Shown here piece by piece: positions 1 to 9,198 of a DNA stretch of 56,870 nt. Each line of letters opens with the position of its first letter. Position 1 is the stretch's first letter. The notes beneath the pieces were generated by a model. The model saw nothing but the letters and a program-made list of their open reading frames with translations, did not search any database and had not been told where the DNA came from. This stretch comes from a virus (Duplodnaviria > Caudoviricetes). The position numbers were made by a program, and so were the translations under genes. The stretch is from positions 1-56,870 of IMG/VR virus record IMGVR_UViG_3300037470_000663. One strand, written 5' to 3'.

Positions 1-94
1 CCGACTGTTCTGCCACTGAACTATGGTCCCAAATGGGTTGTAAAATTAAGTGGTGGAGCTAATAGCTGGAGGTAACAAATAAGCTTGGAAGGCT
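1..94. repeat. 94-bp exact direct repeat, copy 1 (copy 2 at 56310..56403)
   Basis: ccgactgttc...aagcttggaaggct is identical in both places and diverges at 95 (t) versus 56404 (a). It may extend left of the window. Confidence 0.97.
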
Positions 95-100
95 TATTTG
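76..100. other. attP: attP core: CAAATAAGC-TTGGAAG-GCTTATTTG
   Basis: Perfect 9-bp inverted repeat around a 7-bp spacer equal to the tRNA-Gly anticodon loop (CTTCCAA on -); 50 bp from the integrase stop. This is typical tyrosine-recombinase core geometry. Confidence 0.88.
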
Positions 101-150
101 ATAGCCCGTCCGCTGACCTCTGGATTTTTCAAGCTAACGGCCGTTTCTTT

Positions 151-1122
151 TCACTCTTCATCACCGCGCGCAAACAATCGCTTGATCGCCCGGTCCTCCA
201 CCCGCCCCGACTCCTCACCAAAATAAAATTCCTGAAGGTCTTGTTGCTGCAAGCGGACATAATTTTCAGACGTCGTTTTGATGTCGCTGTGGCCCAGCAG
301 CTTGCTGACCACGTTGAGCGGCATTCCGTCCTTCAGACGGGTTATGGCGAAAGCGTGGCGGGCAGCGTGGGCGTTGGCTGGTTCGTTTTGGGGGATTTTG
401 GCAGCCTGCTTTAACTTCCAGAAGATCCCGCTGATGTACTCGGTAGAGATTGGCTTGCCGGTCAGTGTGTTCACAAACAGCATGTCATGATCCGGCACCT
501 TCAGGACATGCAGCAGGTTGGCCCGAATTTCCAGCCAGCTGCACAGCAGCAGCCCGGTCGAGTGTAGGCCGTAGTAAATTTGTTCCTTTTTGTGCCTGCG
601 TCCCTTCTCCCAGGCCCGCGCCGCCACGTGCAGTTCGCCATCTTCAGTCAGCCAGCAGTGCGTGGTAGAGATACGCATCGAGTTCAAGCCCCCCACCCTG
701 GCCCCGCCTTCGTAAACCCATTTCACTAAAAGGGCATCGCGCACACCAGTGGCGGCCATGAGCTTGTGATGATTGCTATCGCTCACTCGCTTCACGCCCT
801 TCGTTTCCTCTTCGTAATCAAAGTTGACCGGCGGTACCTGGTGGCCCATCGCCTCTAGACGGGAGAAGACACCGGCCACCCCGCGTTTGTAGTTGTTGCG
901 GGTGGCCGGGCTCAGCGTCACCAGGTCCTCAATTTCATCTTGAAAATGGTCCAGGTGAGCGGCCGTCACCACGTCCAGCCGCATATCGCCAACAATTTCG
1001 GCCAGGCGGTGCATTGAATTTTCGTACCATTTTTTTGTAGACGCGACGACTCGCGGCCGTTTTTTAGAGATACGGCCGCTGGCAATGACGGCGCATTCAG
1101 AGAGGAGTAGAGATTCACGCAT
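151..1122 (-). CDS. int: Tyrosine integrase (XerC/D-like)
   Basis: Catalytic motifs GARVG, HAARH, LLGHSD and ENY; adjacent to attP. Start set at the ATG after GGAG (the ORF track extends it to 1281). Confidence 0.93.
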   Translation of the reverse strand: MRESLLLSECAVIASGRISKKRPRVVASTKKWYENSMHRLAEIVGDMRLDVVTAAHLDHFQDEIEDLVTLSPATRNNYKRGVAGVFSRLEAMGHQVPPVNFDYEEETKGVKRVSDSNHHKLMAATGVRDALLVKWVYEGGARVGGLNSMRISTTHCWLTEDGELHVAARAWEKGRRHKKEQIYYGLHSTGLLLCSWLEIRANLLHVLKVPDHDMLFVNTLTGKPISTEYISGIFWKLKQAAKIPQNEPANAHAARHAFAITRLKDGMPLNVVSKLLGHSDIKTTSENYVRLQQQDLQEFYFGEESGRVEDRAIKRLFARGDEE

Positions 1123-1284
1123 AGGACATCGCTCCATGATCGAGTATTTGGTTAATTGCTCACCTAGTGACTTTCCGGCCGGTGCTTTTGGCCGTAAGGG
1201 ATTGCGCCGTTGGTCTGGCGGCCCGGCGCATCCTGATTTTATCCAACTACCGCCAACGTGCAAACAGCATAGCAGAATCAAAAT

Positions 1285-1602
1285 ATGATCACACTTTCGG
1301 AGCTAAACGGGATGAATTTCGGAGCGATTGCGGTAACGGCCGTTCTCCTCTTCCTTTTCGGCCTGGCCTTCAACCAGCTCATTAACTACCTGCACCGGCG
1401 CGGCCTGAATGATGGCTTTGTCTGGCTGGAGGTGGTGGTGGGTGATGGCGTGGTCATTATCGCCGCTGGCTTCACCCTGGGCTGGGGCGCGGCGCTGCTG
1501 CTGTTTATTTATTTTGCCGCTGCCGGGTTCTGGATGGCGGCCGGGGACATCTGGCGGCACGTCCGGGCGCGGCAGATGGAAGCGCAGGAGCGGGAATTGT
1601 AA
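1285..1602 (+). CDS. Small multi-pass membrane protein
   Basis: About three hydrophobic segments; abuts the next ORF. Confidence 0.7.
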   Translation: MITLSELNGMNFGAIAVTAVLLFLFGLAFNQLINYLHRRGLNDGFVWLEVVVGDGVVIIAAGFTLGWGAALLLFIYFAAAGFWMAAGDIWRHVRARQMEAQEREL

Positions 1603-1827
1603 ATGACCGCACCCCGCGAATGGCCGAACAATCAGCGAATTTACCGTGACCGGGCCGCTGAGGAGACGGCAGCGGCGGAGCGGTACCTACGGAAATTATT
1701 AGCCAGGGTACAGGCGGGGCAGTATACCCGTCATGGCTTGGAGATAGATCTGTTGACATCATGCAATCATTTATTGGCAGCGCTGCGGCATCTGGAAAAA
1801 GCCGGGGCGCAAACGGAACCGGAATGA
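1603..1827 (+). CDS. Hypothetical protein
   Basis: Starts directly after the upstream stop; ATGA overlap with the next ORF. Confidence 0.6.
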   Translation: MTAPREWPNNQRIYRDRAAEETAAAERYLRKLLARVQAGQYTRHGLEIDLLTSCNHLLAALRHLEKAGAQTEPE

Positions 1828-1952
1828 CACCGCTTATGTACTGGATCGCGCTGGCTGTACTGATGGTGCTGGCGGGCGCGCTGGTCGTGGCGGCCTTGGT
1901 GATGTCTGGCCGGATGAGTGCGGCCGAGGAAACGCGCGAGTGTGAGGATTGA
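1824..1952 (+). CDS. Small single-TM peptide (MTPLMYWIALAVL...)
   Basis: ATGA coupling; hydrophobic helix. Confidence 0.5.
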   Translation: MTPLMYWIALAVLMVLAGALVVAALVMSGRMSAAEETRECED

Positions 1953-2069
1953 CCCGCAAGCGTATTTACTACTGCGCCCACCACCCTGCCCGCCGCGCCG
2001 CAATCTGGTATCGCTGGAAACGGCCGTATCGCTGGCTCTGCTGGGAATGTTTTTATCGGAGATATCACT

Positions 2070-2327
2070 ATGACAAGCAACGCAAAACCAGGCACGAGAG
2101 CAGTACCCATTGTACAGAACGGGCAACCCGCCAAATGGACCGAGCATAAGCTATGGGCCGAAATGCGGGCCGTCGGCTGGCAGGCGTTGGGCCAGGGCGT
2201 ATGGACGCATCCTGATTGCCCTGGCTACCAGCTGCAATTGTTTGCTTATGACGCGGCGAACGGCCGTGAGCTGTGGCACCGGTATGCGGAGGAGCGGGCG
2301 GTGCCGAGGGCGGAGGATTTTATTTAG
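2070..2327 (+). CDS. Hypothetical protein
   Basis: GGAG RBS before ATG; normal composition. Confidence 0.6.
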   Translation: MTSNAKPGTRAVPIVQNGQPAKWTEHKLWAEMRAVGWQALGQGVWTHPDCPGYQLQLFAYDAANGRELWHRYAEERAVPRAEDFI

Positions 2328-2336
2328 GTGTTGGGG

Positions 2337-2525
2337 CTATCGCTTTGGCGGGCGGCCTGGGTTGCGTCGGTTTCTCTTGAAGGCTTCCAGGTCCGAGCGG
2401 GTGATGATCCAATCTCGCCCCAGCTTCTGGCCCAAATAACCTTCTTGGCAGTGCTGGCGGAGTGTGGTGACGGCAATACCTAATTCTTTGGCGGCTGTCT
2501 TAATGTCCATAATATCGTTACTCAT
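2337..2525 (-). CDS. Small HTH DNA-binding protein (excisionase/MerR-like HTH_17)
   Basis: AAKELGIAVTTLRQHC...GQKLGRDWIITRSDL winged-HTH pattern; basic GRPPK tail. Confidence 0.8.
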   Translation of the reverse strand: MSNDIMDIKTAAKELGIAVTTLRQHCQEGYLGQKLGRDWIITRSDLEAFKRNRRNPGRPPKR

Positions 2526-2563
2526 GACGTAATTTTAGGGGCTATGATGAATAAAATAAATAG

Positions 2564-2745
2564 TTGCATGCGACGTAAATATATGCTAAGATGTTCTTGT
2601 CGGCTGGCTACCGATGAATTAGGCAATTAGGGTAACGACACAATGAGACACTTGTCCATTAGACTGGCGATTTGTAGAGCAGTTTAGCCACTGTTAAATA
2701 AATCGTTACCCGCCAAATCGCCAGTTTAATGCACAGGTGTTTTTG
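2564..2745 (+). promoter_or_regulatory. Sigma70-like promoter plus structured antisense/attenuator leader of the HNH gene
   Basis: TTGCAT-17-TAAGAT with TGn. TGGCTA (2605) and GGGTAACGA (2630) are complementary to TAGCCA (2685) and TCGTTACCC (2703) inside the long hairpin 2648..2740, which is followed by a T run. Confidence 0.7.
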
Positions 2746-2761
2746 CTTCTCTGGAGACAAC

Positions 2762-3115
2762 ATGGTAGACACGGCGTTTTTGTGCAGGCAGTGCGGTGGG
2801 AAAATTCAGGCAAAGAACGAGATGGCTTACAAGCATCTTCTGAACGGTAACATAACCCTCTGTGATACATGCCGCAGAGGGGGAAACGTCCGTCACTGGA
2901 CGAAGGACGTTTATCAAGAGTATCTCGCTTCCAGCCAGTGGAGAACACGGCGGGAGCGGGCGCTGAAACTGGCGGGGCATCGCTGCCAGGTATGCAGCGG
3001 GAACGGCCGTATGCATGTTCACCACAACACTTACGAGCGGTTGGGCCATGAGCTTGACCGCGATTTGCTGGTAGTGTGCGAGGCTCATCACAGAATGATT
3101 CATAGTATCAAGTGA
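2762..3115 (+). CDS. HNH endonuclease with N-terminal Zn finger
   Basis: CRQC/CDTC, then YLASSQW...CQVC...HVHHNTY...CEAHHRMIH; GGAG RBS. Confidence 0.85.
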   Translation: MVDTAFLCRQCGGKIQAKNEMAYKHLLNGNITLCDTCRRGGNVRHWTKDVYQEYLASSQWRTRRERALKLAGHRCQVCSGNGRMHVHHNTYERLGHELDRDLLVVCEAHHRMIHSIK

Positions 3116-3121
3116 GCACCT

Positions 3122-4033
3122 ATGAAAGTTAGACCTTTTTCGGGGCAAGGCGGGTACACCGTCTTCGACAACATTATCTTAGATTACATTATGCCTGAAT
3201 TGTCGCCTGCGGCGTGGAAGGTTCTTTGCTACATCATTCGCAAAACAATAGGGTGGCACCAGGAGAGTGATAAGTTGAGCTACAGCAGGATCATGGCGGG
3301 GACGGGCATCAAATCACGTCCGACAATCAGTAAGGTTTTGGGCGAGCTTGAGGAGCACGGCTTTGTTGTTGTCACTCGCCCCGAAACGGGTGACTTCGAG
3401 ACCGCCAATAGCTATCAGCTCAACACGTCGCTGGAGCTTGAGATTGATGGGGGTAGTATAAAAAATACACTACCCCCTAGTGCAGAAAATATACCGGGGG
3501 GTAGTTTAGAAAATGAACACAATAAAATAAACCATATAAACAAAATACCCCCCCGCGTGCGCATGATTAACGCACTTGTTGACGCTACAGGCATGAGCGG
3601 AGTTTTGAATTACGCGGTTCTCTCTGAGCTGGCTGATGAGCTAATAGGCGCCAGCTACAGCCATGAGGATGTTGTTGTTGCCTTCTGTAGCCCAAACGGA
3701 TATTGGCGCAAGGCCGATTGGCGCGGGCAGCGTGGCGACTTTCCAGACCCGAAACACATCCGTGAATGTATTCGCCGTGGCCTGGAGTGGGAGAGACGGA
3801 AGTCGGCACCGTCACCGGAAACAAAATTGGACCGAGGTGACACGGCCGTATGGGGAACCGCCCTCACCCACGCCCGCCGGGGCGATTCCAACTTCGCAGA
3901 CCCGGCTCTAAAAGCGGCCGTACGTGTCTTTGGGTGGCCCAAACTCCAGGCCATAAAACCAGGGGATGAAAACTTTTACCGTAAGGAATTTTTAAGGATA
4001 TACAATGACCAACTCGAACCAGCTTCCACCTAA
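3122..4033 (+). CDS. Phage replication initiator (lambda O-like, N-terminal wHTH)
   Basis: LSPAAWKVLCYIIRKTIGW...LSYSRI..GTGIKSR.TISKVL.ELE motif; contains iterons; overlaps DnaB. Confidence 0.85.
   Translation: MKVRPFSGQGGYTVFDNIILDYIMPELSPAAWKVLCYIIRKTIGWHQESDKLSYSRIMAGTGIKSRPTISKVLGELEEHGFVVVTRPETGDFETANSYQLNTSLELEIDGGSIKNTLPPSAENIPGGSLENEHNKINHINKIPPRVRMINALVDATGMSGVLNYAVLSELADELIGASYSHEDVVVAFCSPNGYWRKADWRGQRGDFPDPKHIRECIRRGLEWERRKSAPSPETKLDRGDTAVWGTALTHARRGDSNFADPALKAAVRVFGWPKLQAIKPGDENFYRKEFLRIYNDQLEPAST
3449..3547. other. Putative replication origin (three iterons plus AT-rich tract)
   Basis: TAGTnnARAAAATnnAC at 3454, 3478 and 3502 (24-bp period), followed by AATAAAATAAACCATATAAACAAAATA inside the initiator gene. 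Confidence 0.7.
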
Positions 4034-5342
4034 CAGCGTCGAATCCGAGCAGGCCGTCATTGGCTCGCTGCTCATTGACCCCGACGCGCTGCATATGATT
4101 AGTGATTTCCTGAAGCCAGAAGATTTTTACATTGGCAAAAACGGCCTGGTTTACCGGGTGATTCAGGACATGAGTGCCGAGGGGCTGCGGCCCGATGTTG
4201 TTTCCCTGGCTGCGCGGTTGGCGGCCGAAACGAAACGGCCGGAGCTTGACGAATCCGGCGATCTGGTGAACCTGATCAACACCGTTCCTACGGCCATCAG
4301 CATTAGGGAATATGCCCGCACGGTGGAAGCGGCCAGCATCCGCCGGAAGATGATCCAGGTGGGCGGCAAAATCGCCACGCTGGGCTATGACGAAAAAGAG
4401 GATTTGGGCGCGCAGCTAGACCAGGCCGAAACGATGATTTTCGAGGTGCGAGGCGAACGCAATAAAGACGGCGTAAGAAAGCCGCGCCAATACACCGGGG
4501 ATTACCTGGACTGGTTTACGAACGCTGCTCACGAGCCAAAGGCCACGGGATTACCTACTGGCCTAAAAGACCTCGACCATCTGTTAGGGGGCCTAGAAGC
4601 GCCCTGGCAGTACGTTTTAGCGGCACGTCCGGGCATGGGTAAATCCGCACTGGCTGGTAATGTGGCTTTGAATCTGGCATTGAGCCACGGCAAACGGGTT
4701 CTGTTTTTCGCGCTAGAGATGAGCAAGCGCCAGATTATGAATCGGCTGTGCGCTAACCTGGCGCGAATTAACAGCCGAAAAATAAAAACGCCGTGGCTGC
4801 TATCTGAAAGCGAGCAGATGGTGATCCATCAATCTATCGGCAGCATCTCCGACAGTCGCCTGTTTATTGACGACACGGAAAACATTTCACCGGCAGAGAT
4901 ACGCGCCAAAACCATGCGCGTGTACGCCGAGCACGGCGTTGACCTGGTAATTGTGGACCATCTTCACATCATGCGACCAGACCGGCGGCTGAACCGACCG
5001 GACCAGGAATACGGCGAGATGACAAAGGCACTGGCGGGGTTGGGCAAGCAAATCAACGCGCCGATCCTGACGCTGGCTCAGCTCAATCGCTCGGTGGAAT
5101 CACGCCAGAACAAACGGCCGCAAATGAGCGACCTGCGCGAATCGGGCGCGATTGAAGAAAACGCTTACGCGGTGATGTTCCTTTACCGTGATGCCTACTA
5201 TGACGAGATGTGCGACCAGCCCAACACGGCCGAGCTTATTGTGGCAAAACACCGCGATGGCGATACGGGCACGGTTAAATTATTCTGGGCTCCGCAGACA
5301 GCTAAGTTTTCAAATCTGTCTACGGTCCCAATGGAGTTATAG
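4005..5342 (+). CDS. dnaB: Replicative DNA helicase DnaB
   Basis: PPNSVESEQAVIGSLL N-terminus, Walker A AARPGMGKS, IVDHL, QLNR, DLRESGAIE, AKHRDG. Confidence 0.97.
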   Translation: MTNSNQLPPNSVESEQAVIGSLLIDPDALHMISDFLKPEDFYIGKNGLVYRVIQDMSAEGLRPDVVSLAARLAAETKRPELDESGDLVNLINTVPTAISIREYARTVEAASIRRKMIQVGGKIATLGYDEKEDLGAQLDQAETMIFEVRGERNKDGVRKPRQYTGDYLDWFTNAAHEPKATGLPTGLKDLDHLLGGLEAPWQYVLAARPGMGKSALAGNVALNLALSHGKRVLFFALEMSKRQIMNRLCANLARINSRKIKTPWLLSESEQMVIHQSIGSISDSRLFIDDTENISPAEIRAKTMRVYAEHGVDLVIVDHLHIMRPDRRLNRPDQEYGEMTKALAGLGKQINAPILTLAQLNRSVESRQNKRPQMSDLRESGAIEENAYAVMFLYRDAYYDEMCDQPNTAELIVAKHRDGDTGTVKLFWAPQTAKFSNLSTVPMEL

Positions 5343-5488
5343 CGAATGGCAACGGAATTGAGCCGCTACATCGGCAAGCGGGTAGCCGACCGGCTGCTGC
5401 AAATGGCCCCGGCTGTGCCGGGTACGGGTGACAGCTTTATTGTCGATATGTTTGGTGTGCCGTCCTACCGACGGCGGCAAGGGGGGCG

Positions 5489-5863
5489 GTGATGACCGAC
5501 TGGCTAACCTCCCGCGAAACGGCCGTTCTCCTCGGCATCTCATCACGAAGAAACCTGAGCCAGGTCACCGGCTTTGAGACCATCAAACGCAAGCCGGGCG
5601 CACCGTACAACGGCTACTACTACCGGCGGGCCGATGTGGAGCGCGTGGCCCAGTACCGCAGCAGCGGCCAGGCGTGGCAGGACAGCTACGCCAATCGGCA
5701 GAAGCGCACCCGCAAGCCATCGAAGGCCCAGCAGGTGAAGCGCGGCGGGCGCACGGTTGACCCGCTGACCTACCTCCGCAACCGTGCCAAGATTCGGCAG
5801 CAGGAAACGGCCGTGCGGCGTGGGGAGTTGGAGCCGGTTTATTTGCCGGGAAAACATTCGTAA
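5489..5863 (+). CDS. HTH DNA-binding protein
   Basis: WLTSRETAVLLGIS...YYRRADVE pattern of MerR/Xis-type HTH; basic C-terminus. Confidence 0.65.
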   Translation: MMTDWLTSRETAVLLGISSRRNLSQVTGFETIKRKPGAPYNGYYYRRADVERVAQYRSSGQAWQDSYANRQKRTRKPSKAQQVKRGGRTVDPLTYLRNRAKIRQQETAVRRGELEPVYLPGKHS

Positions 5864-5890
5864 TCAAAGCAAAATAAAAAAGGAGCAATT

Positions 5891-6298
5891 GTGATGACTG
5901 AGCAAAATAACAATTTGGAAATGTGGGCAGTAGTAGAACTGATGGGGCACGGCCGTACCGCCGGGATTATTCGCACCTCAGATCTGGGCGGGCTGATTCG
6001 GGTTGATGTTCCCGTTGATGACGGCTACCGCACAGAATATTTTGGTGAAGCGGCGATTTATGCGATTAAGGTGGTAAGTGAGGAAATCGCCCGCGCTTAC
6101 GCTTTGCCGGATCGTGACATCCTGGCCTATGATGAGCCAATTGTACCGCGTGCCGACTACGAGAAGGCTTTGCAGATTGCCCGCAATAATGCTCATGATA
6201 TGCAACGGCAAATTGATACCCTTCAACGGCGGTTGACGGCCGTTTCCGCGTTGCCTGAATGGGCGGAGAATACAGACAGCGCAGAGAATGATTTTTAG
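5891..6298 (+). CDS. Conserved phage hypothetical protein (WAVVELMGH type)
   Basis: Strong AAAGGAG RBS; beta-rich N-terminus, coiled-coil C-terminus. Confidence 0.7.
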   Translation: MMTEQNNNLEMWAVVELMGHGRTAGIIRTSDLGGLIRVDVPVDDGYRTEYFGEAAIYAIKVVSEEIARAYALPDRDILAYDEPIVPRADYEKALQIARNNAHDMQRQIDTLQRRLTAVSALPEWAENTDSAENDF

Positions 6299-6405
6299 TA
6301 ACAACTACCCACAACAAAAAAGGGGCTGGTGAGCAACCACCAGCCCCACCGGGAAAGGAGCAACCCGAACCCGGCTTATTTTATTGTAGCAAAAAAGGAG
6401 CAACG

Positions 6406-6885
6406 ATGAACATAGTAAAAAGCGTTTTACCCCTTCTGTCTATCTTCAGCCTCGCCACCGGCCAGGAAACGGCCGTTGAAACCCGCCCCGCCCTGCCTGA
6501 CTGGCTGCCAGCTGGCGGCGACCTGGTGCCTGTGCCTGGCCAGCAGATTGACCGCATCATCCGCCGTGTGAAACAAGATCGCAATGTAACCATCTACGAG
6601 GAAGAGGTGATTTTTATCAAGGAGCCAGCGCCGGAACCGGTACAGGAACCAGCGCCCCAGCCAGAGCAGCCTTACGTATTCTGGACCGATTACGGCCCGC
6701 CAATTTTGCCCCTTCACGAGACTGCTCAAATTGTGGCAGATTGGCACGCGGGCAGAGCAAAATGGATTGCCGGTCCACCCGATCCGGATGAAGCACTCCG
6801 CGCTCAGCTTGGCTACGGTCGAAGTCACTACATAGCCCCGCGGCCGGCGCAGGTCAGAAACGGCCGTATCGTTTTATCAGAATAA
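6406..6885 (+). CDS. Hypothetical protein
   Basis: AAAGGAG RBS; Pro/Glu-rich linker. Confidence 0.65.
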   Translation: MNIVKSVLPLLSIFSLATGQETAVETRPALPDWLPAGGDLVPVPGQQIDRIIRRVKQDRNVTIYEEEVIFIKEPAPEPVQEPAPQPEQPYVFWTDYGPPILPLHETAQIVADWHAGRAKWIAGPPDPDEALRAQLGYGRSHYIAPRPAQVRNGRIVLSE

Positions 6886-6908
6886 TCAATTTCAAAAGGA
6901 GCAACATT

Positions 6909-7352
6909 ATGATCAAAAACTTTTTAGCAGGTGTTGGCATGATCGGACTGGTTATCGGACTGGTAGGATGTGCCCTGCTCTTCATGTTTATCGGCACGCT
7001 GGCCAGCGACATCAGCGCCGCTCCGGTTATTCTGGAGCGGGGGCTGGCTACCATCGACGCGGCCGCGCCTGGCAGCGAGGCAACCTTCATCGAAACGGCC
7101 GTTTCCCAGCCAACCAGCACGCCGATCATCGTGGAGGTTGTGAGCACAGTCGAACCGCTGCCGACCTACACCCCCCTACCCACCTACACGCCGGTCAAGC
7201 TGATTGATGATCGCGGCCTGCCCCCGATGGGGCCGTACTCGTTGGCGGAAATCGACCTGTGCGAGTCAATCATCAACGAGGGGAACCTGGACACGATGCC
7301 CAGCCCACAGCGCGGCTTATGCGAGCAGTACGTAGCCATGAGAAACAAATAG
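6909..7352 (+). CDS. Membrane-anchored protein with PT-rich linker
   Basis: AAAGGAG RBS; N-terminal TM; LPTYTP repeats. Confidence 0.7.
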   Translation: MIKNFLAGVGMIGLVIGLVGCALLFMFIGTLASDISAAPVILERGLATIDAAAPGSEATFIETAVSQPTSTPIIVEVVSTVEPLPTYTPLPTYTPVKLIDDRGLPPMGPYSLAEIDLCESIINEGNLDTMPSPQRGLCEQYVAMRNK

Positions 7353-7479
7353 AGGTCAGCCACTGGCGCTTCTTGCGAACGCTGGCTGACCTCAACTTGA
7401 ACCGTCAACTATGCAGGAAACGGCCGTCAACATTGTAACCGATGAAACGGCCGTTTCCAACCAAAAAAGGAAACGAAAA

Positions 7480-8349
7480 ATGAACCCAGTAAAAGAACAG
7501 AAAACAATTTTTAACCAGGCGCAGGAATCCATGCGCACCGAGGAAGCCGCCAGCAGCAACGGAAAAGCCGAAACCGGTATCATGCTGGGCCTGGCTCTCT
7601 CCTCCCTATTCACCATCATTTACATGGTGGTGGCCCTGGGTGGCAGCTTGCTAGACCTGGGCTGGACTGAGGTATTGGCGTATATGATTGGTGGCTTGCT
7701 GGGCCTCGCGGCCATTATGCCCGGCGAGGCGGCCGTGTGGATCTGGAAAACCAAGCTGCAAAGCGATTACGAGATCAACGGCACTCAGGTAACTGTGGCC
7801 TGGATTGCGGGATTGGCATCTGCCGTGAGCGCAGCCATTAGCACCGTGAGCTTTTTCGCCTACCTGCTCCAGGGCTTGATGCCTGGCTGGTACGATGCAG
7901 ACACGGCCGCAGGTGTCAACGTGGCCAACATTGCTGTTGGCTGGGCCGTCTTCGGGCTTGCCGTATTTATCTACTATGCAGCTGGGGATAGCTCAAAACG
8001 CAACCGCAACCGCGCCAAGGCGCTGCACGTGGCCCGCACCGCTCAGGATCAGATGATTGCCGGTATCGCCCAGGGCACGAAAGACAAGATCGAGGAGCTG
8101 ATCCAAGGCATGGGGGAAAACAACATCTTTGTCGATGATGCTCTGGAGCAAGTGGCGCGGGCGATGGGCCTAAACGATGAACGCACCCAGCAAGTTCGGA
8201 ACATGGCGAAAAGCGCCCCTCCCAGCCAGCCAGCACCACAACCGCCCCAGGAGGCGCCAGCCGCCCGCCCTACGCACGCGCCGCGCCAGGCGCAGAACAA
8301 CGGCCGCAGCAGCTACCCAGTCGGCAGAGACGGGCACAACGAGTATTAG
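7480..8349 (+). CDS. Multi-pass membrane protein with Pro/Gln-rich tail
   Basis: About four TM segments; AAAGGAAA RBS before ATG 7480. Confidence 0.75.
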   Translation: MNPVKEQKTIFNQAQESMRTEEAASSNGKAETGIMLGLALSSLFTIIYMVVALGGSLLDLGWTEVLAYMIGGLLGLAAIMPGEAAVWIWKTKLQSDYEINGTQVTVAWIAGLASAVSAAISTVSFFAYLLQGLMPGWYDADTAAGVNVANIAVGWAVFGLAVFIYYAAGDSSKRNRNRAKALHVARTAQDQMIAGIAQGTKDKIEELIQGMGENNIFVDDALEQVARAMGLNDERTQQVRNMAKSAPPSQPAPQPPQEAPAARPTHAPRQAQNNGRSSYPVGRDGHNEY

Positions 8350-8372
8350 GCGATTCTGACGCATATGACACA

Positions 8373-8819
8373 ATGCGTCATGGAACGGCTGTTCTAGAGA
8401 GTGAGGGTGAGGATGAGGGGGAGACGGCCGTTTCTGGTGGGTACACTAAGCCAACAATTGTGAAAAGACCTCCTGAAAACCAGGAGGGGCAAGCGGTGAA
8501 ACTAGGAGGGGCAAGCGGTGAAACTAGGAGGGGCAACTCGACTAAAAAACAGGTTGCCCCTCCTAATTCAAATTTTGCCCCTCCTAGAAAACGAGAAAAG
8601 TCTAAAAAGTGGATAGAATTTAAACCAGGGACAAAACGCAAAGACGGCAGCCGCATGTATTACCCAAAGTGGCGCAGGTGGCTACCAGGCAATGAGAAAA
8701 AAGAATGGCTTGGCCCGGTGCTAGATTTAGACCCCATGACCGAGCAGGAGAAAAACAATTATGTCAAGCAACAGCGTGAAGGTAACAAACGACGTGACAA
8801 GCGTAGAAGGGGTGGTTGA
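8373..8819 (+). CDS. Basic hypothetical protein, possible DNA binding; start uncertain
   Basis: K/R/W-rich C-terminal half; the N-terminal half runs through a DNA repeat array. Confidence 0.5.
   Translation: MRHGTAVLESEGEDEGETAVSGGYTKPTIVKRPPENQEGQAVKLGGASGETRRGNSTKKQVAPPNSNFAPPRKREKSKKWIEFKPGTKRKDGSRMYYPKWRRWLPGNEKKEWLGPVLDLDPMTEQEKNNYVKQQREGNKRRDKRRRGG
8482..8585. repeat. Iteron-like array: AGGAGGGGCAA x3 direct, x2 inverted
   Basis: Direct copies at 8482, 8504, 8526 (22-bp period); inverted copies TTGCCCCTCCT at 8554 and 8575. Confidence 0.9.
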
Positions 8820-9021
8820 TTTTTTGGCAGAAAGCAACCTGCCGATTAAATCAATGACCATCATTCACAACGTGATCGCTGGTGTCATCCTGGGTGAAGT
8901 TGATGAGGTCGATCACGAAATGGATTTAGCGGCCGGGGTCTCCTATTTAGTGATAGGGCTGGGCAAGCTGCCGACTGAGTATGAGCGCGGTATTGACCTG
9001 GTAAATTTCAAAGATAGGTGA
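8761..9021 (+). CDS. Acidic hypothetical protein
   Basis: GGAG RBS; normal composition. Confidence 0.6.
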   Translation: MSSNSVKVTNDVTSVEGVVDFLAESNLPIKSMTIIHNVIAGVILGEVDEVDHEMDLAAGVSYLVIGLGKLPTEYERGIDLVNFKDR

Positions 9022-9039
9022 TCCAAAACGGCCGTTTCG

Positions 9040-9185
9040 TGGTATACTATTGGGGCTTAGGTTGCATCATTTTAGGGCAGTTTTTGTTTCTCAAAAGAAT
9101 ACTTGTGGTCAGAGACCACGCCGTTTACTTTTCTGGACTGCCCAGATGTGACCTAAGCAATCACAAGTAAACGGCGTGGTTTTTG
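9040..9185 (+). promoter_or_regulatory. Extended -10 promoter plus antisense/attenuator leader
   Basis: TGgTATACT at 9040. GCTTAGGTTGCATC (9055) and GGGCAGT (9075) pair with GATGTGACCTAAGC (9145) and ACTGCCC (9137) in the loop of the 16-bp stem 9115..9180, which is followed by a T run. Confidence 0.72.
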
Positions 9186-9198
9186 CTTTCTGGAGGTA

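Noticed and set aside
1-94. 94-bp repeat as the att core (attL/attR pair) in the CAT tRNA
   Set aside because: The dyad and the host tRNA-Gly half place the crossover at the 7-bp TTGGAAG; the rest of the repeat is phage sequence seen twice.
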